Source: Tubulanus polymorphus | Taxonomy: Eukaryota > Animalia > Nemertea | Length of the DNA: 64,000 nt | Assembly: GCF_964204645.1 (NCBI RefSeq) | Contig: NC_134029.1 | Span: 23,988,950-24,052,949, forward strand | Direction of reading: 5' to 3' | Part shown: in pieces, positions 38,311-52,354 of the stretch | Layout: each line of letters starts with the position of its first letter | Numbering within the stretch: position 1 is the stretch's first letter | Position numbers and translations under genes: made by a program | The notes under the pieces: model-generated | Seen by the model: only the letters and a program-made list of their open reading frames with translations | Told to the model about the DNA's origin: nothing | The model's database searches: none

Positions 38311-40646
38311 GGGGAAGGTTTTCTGGTATTCATGATGTGAATGGTGCCGTTACAGGGAAGAATCCCACACGAAAAAGAAAACAAAGTCCGAAGTGTTTCC
38401 TTGAAGTCAGTTTCGACAATACTCTGATTGTCATACCGACAATGACTATTAGAATATAGTCGTCACAACACGGCCAGTGTATAAAGTGAAAACCCACAAT
38501 AAAATTAACAAGAAAACAGATCTTGAAAATGGCTCATAGAATTAAGTCGAAACGTCAGATTATCATTTAGTTTTTTCCATGTTATTGTTGGGTTTCGCTT
38601 TATTGATATCAGACAGCCAATGTGTCATTCAGTGAAGAATATGCCTTGCTGCGCTAAGAATAAATTAACTGCGCGCGAATAAAAATTAGTAAATTAACTT
38701 TGAAAAGAACGAGTCTTAACGAGAAGAACACATTGCGTGAATGAAAGCTTGTCTTTAGTCAGACTTTATGCGGTATAAACCTTACACTGATGATTTGTGG
38801 TTTTGTTAAAGCGCCCGAACAACATAACTCTTGCTTTATTTCTGCAAAATTCAATTGTTGTAGACGCCAATTAAAGACGTTAATCCGACGATCTGGAGAT
38901 TCGATTCATCAGTCGAGCGTGATTCATTCATCTTCTTCACAATTCTACTGATTTAATGCCGAATACAAACGTCATTGGGTGAAAACGAATTGCAATAATA
39001 TCAACATCAACCGTGGTCGTTTGTTTCCGAGTTTGCGCGCAATCATTTTCCAGAGATTCGTTCATCGCGCGAGCGTCAAGTCTGTCACGGATGACAAATG
39101 TAATCCTTCCTACCGTGGAATCCCGTCGCCTTTATCTGCTCGAGAAATCGCTATAAACTGTGACAAGAAATCATTTTACGCTTCGTCTTATTTAGAGAAA
39201 TTATAGACGATTGAAGTAAATGTGCTGAATCGGGAATAGAAAATAGATCCTCGTTCGAGGAAATGAAACCAATGAAGTGCGTTCGTCACAATTCTGAGCA
39301 TCTTTATACCGCGAGGCTGTAAGAATATGTTTAGAGAACAGACACAGATATTCGAAAGAAACTTTTTTATATTCTGGTCATTAAAAACTATTAGCATCCG
39401 ACAAAGAATTGTACAAAATTGAAATTCAGAAAAAACTAAACACGGTCGCTATGCGGCAACAAGAAACAGGAATTTGGACATATTTATGAATGCACGAAAT
39501 TTATGATTTTACAACAGGGTTCAACGTTATTGTAATTCTTTTGTTCAGAAACATCGCTTTTGTTAAACAAAGATCAAAAAGTTTCTCGTACGAAAGAATT
39601 CAACGATTAAATTCATATGAAAAGTTTCCGAATGCGCGAAGGTAGTTTTACATCTTTTTAGAACTTATAGTTTTCGCCACATGGCAAAACAAAGGTTCGA
39701 GTCTTTGAAGATTTACCACGATCCGGTTTTCAAAGCGCCGCCAGCGGTTTAAATCAAATTAATGAATTCATTTTAATTCACGACGATGATGTTTTCTCTA
39801 CTGTGGAAATAAAGTTATTTAACCGAAACCAAATTTTGAATAATACCGCCATCATATTTGACGATACGATTGTTAAATACAAAGCGAGTCACTTTGTAAA
39901 TGGTTTTTGTTCTCAACGATTCTAAAAAGGTCAGACAGTACACTAGAATCTTATCGTCGGAATGAAACCGATGTTTATCACTCAACCGAATGATATCAAC
40001 TTGTTTGAAATGAAAGTTTCAGTGTAAGATACTGTGATACCCATGAGTATGAAATTAGCATCGGAACGTCATTAGCTTTGAATCATCGGTCATTAGCACC
40101 TAAAAACCCGTGAAAATATCTATCATATTTTGACATGCTTTAACTTATGGAATATAACGATGATTTTAATTCGTCTTAAACTTTCATATGAAAACGACTT
40201 CAATCATTTACGTGGTCCAAAGATTTGAACAAGAACAATCATGATTAAGGCGTGTTGAATTTGCAGAATAATGTGGGTGTACCGGGGTAGGTGCAGTCGT
40301 TCACGTGAATTGAGTATTTCAAAAATTAAAAATCTTTTTAACGGAAATTGTTGCCATTTCTTCGTGATGTTTTCATCAACGTGGGTTGTTTTTAATATCG
40401 AAATGAAATCGAAATGAAATCGAACGAGGCGATGCATTCGGCGCATGATTCCTGATTCAACTCTTCAATGTAGTTCTCGATTCTCGCTCGTTTAATAGTG
40501 ATTAGCGGTCGACGCGGATTGTCGGCTCCGGACAAATCCGGTGGTCAGTGAAGGCTTGACCTCAGGGGCGGATCGTGTCTGTGTAACCTAACAAACCCAA
40601 CGGCTTTGTCCTTTTATTCTATATCTCACGCGACTCGCTGCCTTAA

Positions 40647-40730
40647 GGGGTCGGCTCAAAAACTTCGACACATTAGAAGGGGCGGATTACCTGAGATCTT
40701 TCTATGAATTCTGCATCTATTGCTGACCCC
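40647..40730. mobile_element. Possible small MITE (84 bp) with TAA target-site duplication
   Basis: taa|ggggtcggc ... gctgacccc|taa: 9-bp TIR with 1 mismatch. Short enough to be chance. Confidence 0.35.
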
Positions 40731-41592
40731 TAAAATCTAAAAGCAATTTATTCGAATGAAGTTTAAAATGGCTTGGATTTCATTTATTTTCATCACTCCA
40801 TTGAAATTTTCTTAATTTATCTGGAAAAGTCATCAGGCATTCCTCTTACCAATACCAACCGATTTTCTACTTCTAACGCGGATTACCATTTAATTCTAAA
40901 AGTTTATAGTCTTGGTGAAATCAATTTTGAAACTGCCCCCTTTTGCTATACGCGGGGCTCAAGAACCACTTTATTCGAATCCTCTGTCATTTGCAGGAAA
41001 AGATCAGTCAAATCCGGAGCGAGCTGTTTAAATCAGCCCCAACTCAGCGAGGATACAATCGGACGTGATCTTTCATTGTATTCCGTGATAATCGAGCAAT
41101 CCTTCCCCGACCGAACAGATCTAAAAAATCGGCAGATCTGTCAAACGAAACGACGTGCGATTCTTGAGCGGCTGGCCGATTCAATGCAGTCTAATTTGGT
41201 TAATGTAACTTACGGTCGGACTGAAAAACAGCCGAGATCTCGCCCAGCATAACTTGTTCAAAGTCAGTCGGATTTAACGGGATTTAACTGCTCAACCGGG
41301 TTGATGATCCAACCGTGCCGACCGTGTTGGTAAATCGTAAGAAAATCGTGTCAATTGATGACACTGGTAATTAGTGTGTGCAGTCTAAGTATTCACGAGA
41401 AAGTCGAGAATGATCCGGTGAGATCCCCGTGTGTGTGTTTACAGTTTATCAGCGCTGTTCGATTCAGACAATCGATGATCCGTTATTCCACGGAAGAAAT
41501 AACCGAAAAATATATCGCAATCTAAATTAAGGTTTTTGAAAGCGTATTCAGTGATTGTTTACGAAAGTCGCGTTTTGGTTCTATTTCACAGG

Positions 41593-41733
41593 ACGCAGGG
41601 AAACACGGTAACGCAGAACCAAACCTGTTAGATCTCGGAAAAATCATTTCCCAGAAATCGTGTTTCACGTTTCCTCGTGAACGCACACGACACGGGGAAA
41701 CGCTCGGAAACATGTTTCCTCGTTTTCCTGCGT
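41593..41733. mobile_element. Degenerate MITE-like element with repeated GGAAAC/GTTTCC motifs
   Basis: Ends acgcagggaaac / gttttcctgcgt are inverted repeats; internal ggaaacatgtttcc palindrome and several GGAAAC copies. No TSD identified. Confidence 0.45.
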
Positions 41734-43896
41734 GCGCCGGGTGCGTTCGGCTTTACAAACAAGACGCCGGGAACTTCATCTTGAAGTCGATGAATTTTTG
41801 AAACGATTCGTTCGCGGTTTTGTTCCTTGTCTTATAATTTGTTTACTCTGCGTAAGATTGCTGAAATCGTAAACTGTGTGTTCGTTTGAAACATTGACAA
41901 ATGGCGCTGTCTCCATTCGGCCCGTACTCGACTCATTGTATTACAAATTATGAAACATTGGCTATAACACAAACCATCTGTCAACGTAGAAGGCGATTAT
42001 TTCTTTTCTAGTTTATCATCCGTCTCAACTAATCCAAAATTTATATCCCAGATTCGAATCAATCATCATATATCAAAACGACTTTATAACTTTACTCGGC
42101 AAATGCAATTCCCATTTCCTATTTGTGATAGTTTCTCGAAGTGCCGTTTATTATTTTAGCAGCTGGTCGCTCGTCAATTGATTAACGTCGGCTAATGTTT
42201 TAAATCTTATTCCCGCGAAGTTTTCTGACATTTTCCGGTAGAGAAATGTTATTTCTGTTGCCGTCGGTTTCTTTTTTGTTGAAAATAATAATTCAACCTT
42301 ATAGTAGTAGAAACAGTTTACTCATGCGTGGTGTGGTCGCTTTCATATCATACCAATTCTATATGAGGTCCTTTGAATACTGTAGTCGTGAAGGTACGGG
42401 ATTGTAGTGTGGCTCATTATCAAAACCTTGAGCTTCGGTCCATAGTAATATAAGATGTTCTATTTCTTTATCCAAATGATAATTGTGAACGAGGAATATA
42501 TTTCTAAGCATAAACATTCATCAGAGATTAAACTTAGAGAACGCTAAAAGTTTCTCTATAAGTTCGAAACCTCATTTTAATGATTTTTTTTTTACAAACG
42601 TCGAACTTTGTTCATAACGGTAAAAAAATTTGAAAAACACCAAAAAAAGAAATGTTCCCCCCATGAAATAATTCTTATTATTATCATTCTGCATGCGGTT
42701 TTCTTTCCTTTGACTAGGCTATAAATCATATAACAAAAACTCATTAGTTTGCTTTCGATGTCATGTTTTCTAAGTGTCCACATAACGATAATGACGAACG
42801 ACCTTAGCCCGCGTTTTCAATAGGACATTTTCGGGTCGGACTGCACCCGCACGCGGCACCGCGGCATCTGGTGCATATACAACTTCAACTAGCCTACAAA
42901 AATACATAGCATCAAAAACAAACGAGTCTCAGTCAATGAAGTAGCATTCTCTCTTCCTTTAAATGCATAAAAAGCGATGCCCATGAAACAGCTTTAGTTT
43001 TGTAATATTTTCTGCGTTTGACAAGCCAATGCTACCAGTTGATATAGCACCCTGAGCTTCATGATTTATGGGTGGATCTGGCGGTCGATTGTCCGACGGC
43101 AAGCTTATTATAAATAATGCTACGTCTTTGATAAATGATGACAAATCGTGATTCTCCAGGTGCCCGCGCGCCTCTAAGACTTTCTTTTAGCGAAAATAAT
43201 ATCCTCATTCTAGGCGTCTGTGTCTGTCTACCGCTTGTATGAACGCGGCCGCCGCGTAACAGTTCAAATTCAAATCGATAAAAATTCAGTGCACCTCATC
43301 AACGCGCTTGCACGAGGCAGACGTTCTGACGATATTCAACGAGTACGTTACAGACAGATGCAATTGATAGAGAAAAATTAATGAAGTTTTAATTTTGTAA
43401 ATTAAGGAAATGCTTTGCAGAATAACAAACCTCATTTGTCATAGTTCGTTTTCAGAATGAAGAATAGGCTGATCGACATGGAAAACGTAACATATTGAAT
43501 CATGAAATATGGCTGCGATATAACTTTCACTTGTCGCCACTAGGGGATATAAAACATCATTTCGTAGGGAAACTGATTATCACGAATTATCTAACCATTA
43601 GTCTAATACCCAAATCTCATCTTGGTCAACGACTACTGTAAGTTTCAGCTATTTCAAACTGTTTGATGGTACTGAATTACCTACAATCGAGGTTCTTGAA
43701 CACCATATCCATGCATGAAATATTGTTAACATTTGAGGAATGGGGTCATTTTAGTTGTGAGGAGTTGTCTCTGACTTCTGGAATAGTTTGACAAGAGGCT
43801 TGAGTAAAAGTCCTACATATATAGTCGTGATAGACGGATGTCATTGATCTTGGTAATTAACAAAAAATGGTGAATTTCCGATGACGCACATTGAAA

Positions 43897-44010
43897 GAAG
43901 GAGAGAGAGAGAGAGATAGAGAGAGAGGGAGAGAGGGAGTGAGAGGCAGAGAGAGAGTCTGAGAGAGAGGCAGGGAGAGAGAGAGGGAGAGAGAGAGAGG
44001 GGGGAGAGAG
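43897..44010. repeat. (GA)n imperfect microsatellite
   Basis: Directly visible. Confidence 0.95.
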
Positions 44011-45953
44011 GCTGAGAGTGTGTCATTCTGTTAGAATGAATTACGAGACGAATATTCACCGGATATGTTCGATTATTATTCTGTATTCACACTCTCGTTT
44101 AACAAATGGATTATTACAAAGAAATCATTCATATGGCTTTGGTTTTAATAACTTTGCATGGATGGAAAATGCGGAATTAATAACTGCCTTGAGACTATTC
44201 CTGCATAAATGAAATTAATTCGCCCCCTTAGCTGACAAACGATTTATCTTCTTCCCCAACGTTCGTCGGTCGGAGAAAAACTGTTTAAATGAATACAGTA
44301 TCACTAAGTAAATTAGAAATACAAAATTTATGACTGCAAAGGCAAGAACCAGATTAACGACACGATACTGATAGAAAACCATTAGCGTCTTTGAAGTTTA
44401 TGTCGTTTTAAATTTTCATGGAATCGAAGACAGGTGTTTTCATTTATTCACCGTGCGCGTATCATATGACTGACTGAAAAGTCGGTATTTGTTATGAAAT
44501 GACGCTTTGAAGTGGCGCGCCGGGATCACCTGGGTCATACGCTGGATGGATAGCATTTCGGAATTAAAAACATCTCTAAAAAAGCGTGCATAATTTACTA
44601 TATTATCTATCTGTAGAAAGGAATTGAGAGTTGTTGTGTACGGGAGAAGTAAACGATATCGAGGTGGATAAAGTGGATTAAAATATGCTCAAAACATGAA
44701 ATGGGATTGGGCACTTTAAAAGAGCTAATTCAATTTATCATCAACAACAAGAAGGAAAAAGTAATCCATCAAAATCGGCTTTTCTCGCATTTCGGTTTCA
44801 GTAGCAGCAGCAAAAGCTCGGTTGAAAGTAACCGTGCAATTTTGTTATTAAAGATGAAACGGAATTATATGAAATGCTTTTCGTTTCTCGGTGATATTCA
44901 GTTCAGCGAAGTTAAGAATACTCGGTATTTACTTCCCGCTGAAACATAGACTGTATGTGATTTCCCAGTTTCGTTTTCTTTTCTTATCCGAAACTCATTC
45001 ATTTTCTCTAATTAAAATATTCACATATATAACTGTCAATCGGGAACAGTTTCAGATTTATCCGGTACTAACCGCCGTCGCCGCCGCTGCTGCTGCTGCT
45101 GATGCCACGACGAAGGTCGGGTCAGCGCTGATCGCTTCATTTCGCGGGGAAAATCGCGAAAAACTTTCACCAGCTTGAAGACGTTTATAATCTGCCCGTC
45201 TAGAATGAAATAGAGAGCTTGTGTCACCGAACGAGCCTCAGTAACGACAATGGTATCAATATACTTCTATTTTTCTCATTCTAGCCGGTGATTAATGGTT
45301 TTTATTAAGCCCACCGACCAGAAAACACATAAATCATCAGCGAGCATATTGACGTGAGATTTTCAGTTTTGTTCAGACAATGATGAACAAGAGTTGAAAG
45401 ATAATAACCAAACCCATCGGAGCCTTCCCTATCGAGAGGGAGATAGATATTCATAGGTAGCGATCAAAATGCGGGCGCCGGTTTTTAACTGTCGTTTTAG
45501 AAGTTTGAATTGTGTAATCATTGACGAAAATATGAACGCGAAACATTTTTGAAATCACAATATCCGTGTTTTGTAGTAATAAAACCTAAAATTCCAACAA
45601 TTATAACTGAACTAAAAAGTGGTAATACAGAAATAGTTCGGGTGACTGCAATTAACTGATATCAATCTCAGTGTAGAGTTAACAAATAAAAAAATCTAAC
45701 TGTTGGTTTTTATTCGTGAGAAAATTGAAAGATTGATCAGTATTTAGAAATTGTCATTTTAAAATCGAATCCATTTGTGCGAACGGAAGTTACGACTATT
45801 TCTCCGCCTCTCCCAAACTCTCCCTATCCGCCTCACATTCAGTTATGAAGATTAATGCGCAAAATGAAATTGATACGCGCAGAAGAATCGAATCTATTTC
45901 ATTATCTGCCGTTTTAACGCTTATTGAAAACGAAGACGTGATTTGACGACGAG

Positions 45954-45980
<27 letters not shown>
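45954..45980. repeat. (GA)n microsatellite
   Basis: Directly visible. Confidence 0.9.
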
Positions 45981-45984
<4 letters not shown>

Positions 45985-47429
45985 TGAGCAATACAGTAAA
46001 ACCAGCCGACGCGCTAGAAACACTAGAATATCTCTTTTGCTGCAATTATTAATCATCACGACTGGCGCTCAGTCGATATTTCTCAAACGATACTGTAATG
46101 ATTTTGAAATTAATTTGCCAAGTTCGTGTATGAAATATCGCTCTGTCATTAACAAACTCGTTTTCGACGAACTGGAAGCAATAGCAATACAATTATGCAT
46201 TCTCGTTTGGGTTTTATCATTAAATTTCATTGATTTCTGCCGACAGTAAATGCATCTTGTTTCAGCGCATTCGTTTTAATTCGACTTTTGTCTCCGAGTG
46301 TTCGGTTCTCGTCGACGCGAAATCCATTGTTTTGGTGCAGATACGTTTATGAAACTTGATCAGGCCTTCGGATTTCACGGTTCCATTTTGAACAGACCCG
46401 ATCTCTCGGAGGGAATATCGTTTAATGCAAAACGCTCATCGAAGATCACCGGTATAGACGAACATTATTTTTGCGGAGTTTACGATTTCGAAGAAACGTC
46501 GTAGAGCAAAGTATAAATCTCTTTGAAATTAATCCCAAGCGACAGCACAGAATGCATAATCCTTCTGATTTAATTTCAATGGCTTTCAAAACAGACGCGT
46601 GATCGTGTTCTCGTCGATTCCCGATTGAAACCCGCGCCCGCGGCTCGGGCCAAGGCTGCTTCGACGAAACACGTGTTGGATCTCTTAATGCGGACTACTT
46701 CTTAATGGCGCAAAGTGTCTGACGGGAATTCGACAACATTTCAATCTTCCATTGTCTTAAAGAGGGTTGAAATCTGTGTTTTCTGTTCGTTCATGAAAAT
46801 AACGAATCATAGAACGTACGAACCTTTCAAATATAGAATCCTCTTTTCTATCTTTGTGATCTCCCATCGTTTAAGCTACATTCGACTTGTTCTCTTTTTC
46901 GAGTTTATAATCATTTTCATAGTTGAGAAGTAAGCTTTCGGAAAATATGAGTTTTATTCCAAAATTCTTATTCAAATTTGAGATAGGTAATCTGGGAATT
47001 ATGACATTTTGATTTTGGTTTCTATTTTTAAATGAGTCAGGCTAAATACATTCTCAGCATTACAAAGAATTCTTACAACTGGCTGAGAAATTGAAAAACA
47101 CGATCGCTAACTGAGCCAGACCGCTCGCAGTCCGTTTAATTGGATCTTTATTTCTTTAACTGACGCTCTCTGTGAAACACGCGCTTTGTTGTAGGAACGT
47201 AATATCGAAAATAGCTCGGATTTTCATTCCAGTAAAAGGCAATCAAAACACTAGCAACATTTTATCCACCATTACACAGACGTCGCACAAACGCAAAGGT
47301 GAAATACAATTCGCTGATATTAATGCTTGAAGGTTTGTTTTCTTTTGACGGCGATGTTTCTTTTCCTCCCCGAGCGCTCATCAGAGAAAAGACACCCCGC
47401 TGTCTTTGTGGTGAAGGCTCAGAGGTCAG

Positions 47430-48535
47430 TGATGCGGTGAGGGATGGAGAGGGCTGAGTGATGAGTGGTGTGGTGAGGGCTGAGTGATGAGTGGTGTGGT
47501 GAGGGCTGAGTGATGAGTGGTGTGGTGAGGGCTGAGTGATGAGTGGTGTGGTGAGGGCTGAGTGATGAGTGGTGTGGTGAGGGCTGAGTGATGAGTGGTG
47601 TGGTGAGGGCTGAGTGATGAGTGGTGTGGTGAGGGCTGAGTGATGAGTGGTGTGGTGAGGGCTGAGTGATGAGTGGTGTGGTGAGGGCTGAGTGATGAGT
47701 GGTGTGGTGAGGGCTGAGTGATGAGTGGTGTGGTGAGGGCTGAGTGATGAGTGGTGTGGTGAGGGCTGAGTGATGGGGAGTGAGGGGTGAATGTTGTGGT
47801 GAGTGGTGAGTGGTGAGTAGTGAGGGATGATGGGTGAGTGGTGAGGACTGAGTGGTGTGGTAAGTGGTGAGGACTGAGTGGTGTGGTGAGTAGAGCGTGG
47901 TGTGGTGAGTGGTGTGATGAGGGATGTGGTGAGTAGAGAGTGGTGCAGTGAGGGGTGAGTGGGGAGTGGGGGAGTGTTGGGGTGAGGGGTGAGTGGTGTG
48001 GTGAGTGGTGTGGTGAGGGGAGTGTTGAGAAGAGTGGTGTGGTGGGTAGTGAGTGGTGTGGTGAGTTGTGAGTGGTGACTGGTGTGGTGAGTTGTGAGTG
48101 GTGTGTGGTGTGAGTGGTGTGGTGAGGGCTGAGTGATGAGGAGTGAGGGGTGAATGTTGTGGTGAGTGGTGAGTGGTGAATGGTGAGTAGTGAGGGATGA
48201 TGGGTGAGTGGTGAGGACTGAGTGGTGTGGTGAGTGGTGTGGTGAGTAGAGCGTGGTGTGGTGAGTGGTGTGATGAGGGATGTGGTGAGTAGAGAGTGGT
48301 GCAGTGAGGGGTGAGTGGGGAGTGTTGTGGTGAGGGGTGAGTGGTGTGGTGAGTGGTGTGGTGAGGGGAGTGTTGAGTAGAGTGGTGTGGTGAGTTGTGA
48401 GTGGTAAGTGGTGTGGTGAGTAGTGAGTGTTGTGGTGAGTGGTGACTGGTGTGGTGAGTTGTGAGTGGTGTGTGGTGTGAGTGGTGTGGTGAGTGGTGTG
48501 TGGTGTGAGTGGTGTGGTGAAGGGTGAGTGATGCG
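47430..48535. repeat. G-rich compound satellite: 12 perfect 26-bp units plus two diverged ~360-bp higher-order units
   Basis: gagggctgagtgatgagtggtgtggt x12 at 47449-47760. Blocks starting at 47761 and 48124 share the same sequence of variant subunits (gagtgaggggtgaatgttgtgg, tgagggatgatggg, gagtagagcgtgg, gtgactgg). Confidence 0.97.
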
Positions 48536-51500
48536 ATGAGTATTTTGATTCTCACACAACGCAATATCACGTGCATCATAACGAGGACGCTGACTCTTAA
48601 TGGAGAAGGCAAGAAAACTGTAACAACCGGTTGAAATTGCACTTGTTATCTGCAACATTTGATAACGTGTCCATTAGTCTCCGCGCCGCTGAACATATCG
48701 AGTCAGTAACCTTTTACATTGTTACAGTTTGTGCATTTCTATCCAATGGTTTTGCATTTTAAGTTCGCAGAAATGAAAAATTGAAAATATATTCGGGTCA
48801 GTCGAGAAGTTATAGATATTGTTTTTTTAGATATGGCTCAATTCTTCTTTCTAATATTTCTTGCAGTTTATCCATACCGACATTTTTCAGATACTTATAC
48901 TGAATTGACAATTCTAGTAATAAATTGCTAAAAGTGATATCTTTCGTAAAAATGAACTGTCGAGCTGCTAAGGTCGACGTTTGAATTTCTGCCACTTGAG
49001 ATTATACTTGTCGAAATGAAGTGAAAAATCTAAAGGGATAATATAAATCTCTCGTTTAGCGCCTCGGGGTTCGCCATATGTACAGAAACCGCTCAAAAAC
49101 CTCCGACACAAAACATCGGTAACCAAATGCGTTTTGGTCATTAATGGACCGGTATATCTCAGATATAATCATATACTGTCAGCTTCTTTCTTTCATGTCT
49201 GTTTTTGATAAACCTCAGTTCTAGCGCTGGCCTTCTGTGCAGCCCGGCGTAAGCATAATATGCGATGTTTAATCAGAAATATGAAAGGAATTAATTGATT
49301 CGAACTTTGCTTTGGGTTTTTAAGAGATAATCGGTTCCGAGTGGCAACCATTAAGCCTCTCGGAAATAGATATTTCCTATCATAGTCCTGTGACCTTTAA
49401 CCGGCCAGAAATAACGACAAAAAGGTTCTGGACGGATTCTTGAGGATTTGTTTTAAGAGCGCGGCACGTTCATTCGAATGCATTAATCGGTTCAATCGGA
49501 AGAGAAAAAAACAAATGGATAGCCAGATGGCAACAAAAAATCAATCAGTTCCAAAAAACTGCTAATTTCGGGTGCCGTCTGTTTAGCATTGTTTATCGAA
49601 GACAATATCGCGCATTTAAGAAATAAGTCGTTTTACAGTGTAGCTGGCCTAAAGGCGGAATTCAGAATGAAGCGGCGCGAGTTTTTTGCCGACCGCAGAC
49701 AATCACTAGTTGTTCTCGACACGTGTCGGCATTAGCCGCTGCCAGGACGAACAAGCAAAAAACTGCGACCAATTCAATGTAAATCGCAGCATTGCGATGC
49801 GCATGACAACAATGCCATAAAAAAACTGACCAGCTGGGTGTACGGGTCGGGCCACGATGGACACAAACCCGGGGATAAAGCGATTCGAGCCGCTCACAGC
49901 GGTGCCGGTATTGTCTAGATATTTGGTGACACGAATGAATTTTGATCGATGGTCACTGAGGGACGACGCCGTGGCTTAGTACATAACAAATGATATTTGA
50001 AGCATTATCTTACATCTGCGTGCCATGAATATATAATAAAGCACGAGTCATAGATTTGGACGAATATTAAATTTCTATTTTTAGAATCAATTTTCATGTT
50101 TACATATTTCATCAGACAATCGCTAGAAAATCAAATCAAATCGAAGCGCGTTATTCCAGTATTAATGGTTTATATTCGGCCGAGGATTTACAGATGATTG
50201 AAATTATGACAACAGAAATAATGAAATGTCTCGCTTCAATTTGACAAATGCAGGAATCCTGTTAATGAAAACCAGCGAATTTAGGTTGCTCGTAGACAGC
50301 ATAACTTCCGCATCAACTTCTGTTTCAATTTCCTATTTCTAACGTAACAGTCATATTATATTCCACTACCGTTAAAATGATTAATCACAAACAGAGAAGA
50401 AAACCGGTCGAAAAAATGAAAATCTCGTTTCCCGTCGTGAGACAAGATGCATTTTGTGTCAGTTCGCGTTTCCACTAATTGACTTCAGTTCGTGATTAAA
50501 CTACTGTTTTAAAAAGAGGCGCCGAATTAAAACCGTTACGTGCGCGATACTCTGATTAGCATTCTGTTGACCTTCTTAATGCGAGTGCGTTTTCGTGAAA
50601 TGGATCGCTGCTGGGAAATTCATCTTGCGCATTAAATACTGACACTCGCATCCAAGTGTCAAATCTCCACTGAAAACATTTTAAGAAATGGCAGTCGCCA
50701 CGTTCTGCACGCTATCAGTCGAATCATGCCAATAATGACGTCACGGAACCTTTCTTTGATGTCTTATTTTGTCGAGACTATGATCTTACTATAAGTATAC
50801 GCGTATCTATAGTACTGCAACGGATCTGATCTTTCGTTTCTTCAAAATTGCAGCGAAAAACCAGGAAAACTTATTTTTGATTAACTTCTAGTGGAAAAAA
50901 AACGTTATCAGGAAACAAAGGTTAATTCTGGACATTTTGGCTAAATTTGACTAAATTTATCAACGATCAAATCGCCTATTCAATGGTAGAACAAAAGAAA
51001 ACGGTAAAAGGCTCTATCGATCTGCAATTAGAGATTATAAAAATGTTATGTGATGTTTTTCAGAGATGGTGGCGTATTTGACTGATTGGTGAGTGACGGG
51101 TTTTCAAACGCGCAAGATGTGCCACAATGTCACATCATACACGTCACTGTATTTGTAATGCGTTGCGTTAAAACATTACCACTTATCCGTCATTTGCAAA
51201 TGGCATTCATATAACTAACTCGTTTTGACAATCTTGCCGTGTCTCGCGCGCGCCGAGTCAGACGAGTTTTTAGACGCAGAAGCAGCAGAAAAAGAGAAAA
51301 TATTTTATTAGTAGAATACGTGTCACGCGAATCATTTCATCAACTATTGTTCGTGCGTCGTCTTTACAAATTATCAAGTTTCCGAAAAAGATCTGACGCG
51401 ATGACAACGGCGCCAAAATATGATCACATCACCCAGCTTCCAGTCCTCCTGATATTAACCACAAAATATAACCAGTTTCCCCTTGAGTCCGTCAAATATT

Positions 51501-51579
51501 CCATTTGATATTCATTTATTTCGATCATCACCGCAAACTAAAACTATACTTGCGTCGATCCGTTTAAATAAGAACACCA

Positions 51580-51678
51580 GGAACCAGTTCCACAGTTGCC
51601 GAATTCAGATTCCACTAAAGAGTTAACTCATCGAAAATGAACTGATTTTAACTCGGTCTCACAACTATAGAACCGGGA
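51580..51678. mobile_element. MITE family B, downstream of dac
   Basis: TIRs ccagttccacagttg / caactatagaaccgg; internal similarity to the intron-3 copy. Confidence 0.7.
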
Positions 51679-52134
51679 TCGGAATAATATGGAGAATGAT
51701 GCATTCTATTAATTAAAACCGTATTGAAAAAGATTATTACTGAAGCACTTCAATTCATTGACTAAAAGTCTCAACGGTATTTTTATGGTTAATTCCCGCA
51801 AAACAATTCATTAAAAAAATGAATTTTTTTCTCCTTTTTATCTTTCGGATTCATTTGATATAATGAATGTGGCGACGCGAGTTCTTCTTGACCTCTTGTG
51901 GAATTGTTACTGAGGATGATCGATTGGCTTCTATTATCGCCATTAATTATAAAACAAAACTAGCGAAAGATGTATGACTCCCCGGTCGACAATTCTACAT
52001 ATCGGTAACTGGGGTCTGTCGAAAAATCGTATCGTATTAAAACAGTTGGTTCTTATCGTTAATCAAGACAAAAATTCATTTCCAATGAAACGCTCCGAGT
52101 TATTGTGACGATAATCTACAAAATTCAACACTAA

Positions 52135-52354
52135 GGCTAAACAAAAATGATACCTTGTTTCTCCGCAGCGGCCGGGTCATTTTTATAAAATATGATAAAA
52201 TTTATAAACAGTTCATTTCTATAGCGGCCGGGTCTGTTATGGTAAAATTGATCACGATTTAAAAAAAAGTAATGTATAGGGTAGATAGGCGGCCGGCCGG
52301 GTCAACATTTAAGCTCAGCAGAGCGGAGAAACAAGGTATCAATTTTTTTTAGCC
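52135..52354. mobile_element. MITE family D, PIF/Harbinger (Tourist)-like, 220 bp
   Basis: About 32-bp TIRs ggctaaacaaaaatgataccttgtttctccgc / gcggagaaacaaggtatcaattttttttagcc, TAA direct repeat on both sides, three internal gcggccgggtc-like repeats. Confidence 0.9.

Noticed and set aside
40773-41252. 159-aa ORF
   Set aside because: TTG start, no recognisable motif and no supporting exon structure.
47449-47773. Possible CRISPR-like array
   Set aside because: Units are contiguous with no unique spacers, there are no cas genes, and the context is eukaryotic.
47419-48658. 407-aa and 410-aa His/Thr/Pro-rich ORFs on the minus strand
   Set aside because: Two overlapping frames are open because the satellite strand lacks stop codons; the 26-nt unit is not a multiple of 3 and cycles through frames; no domain is recognisable.
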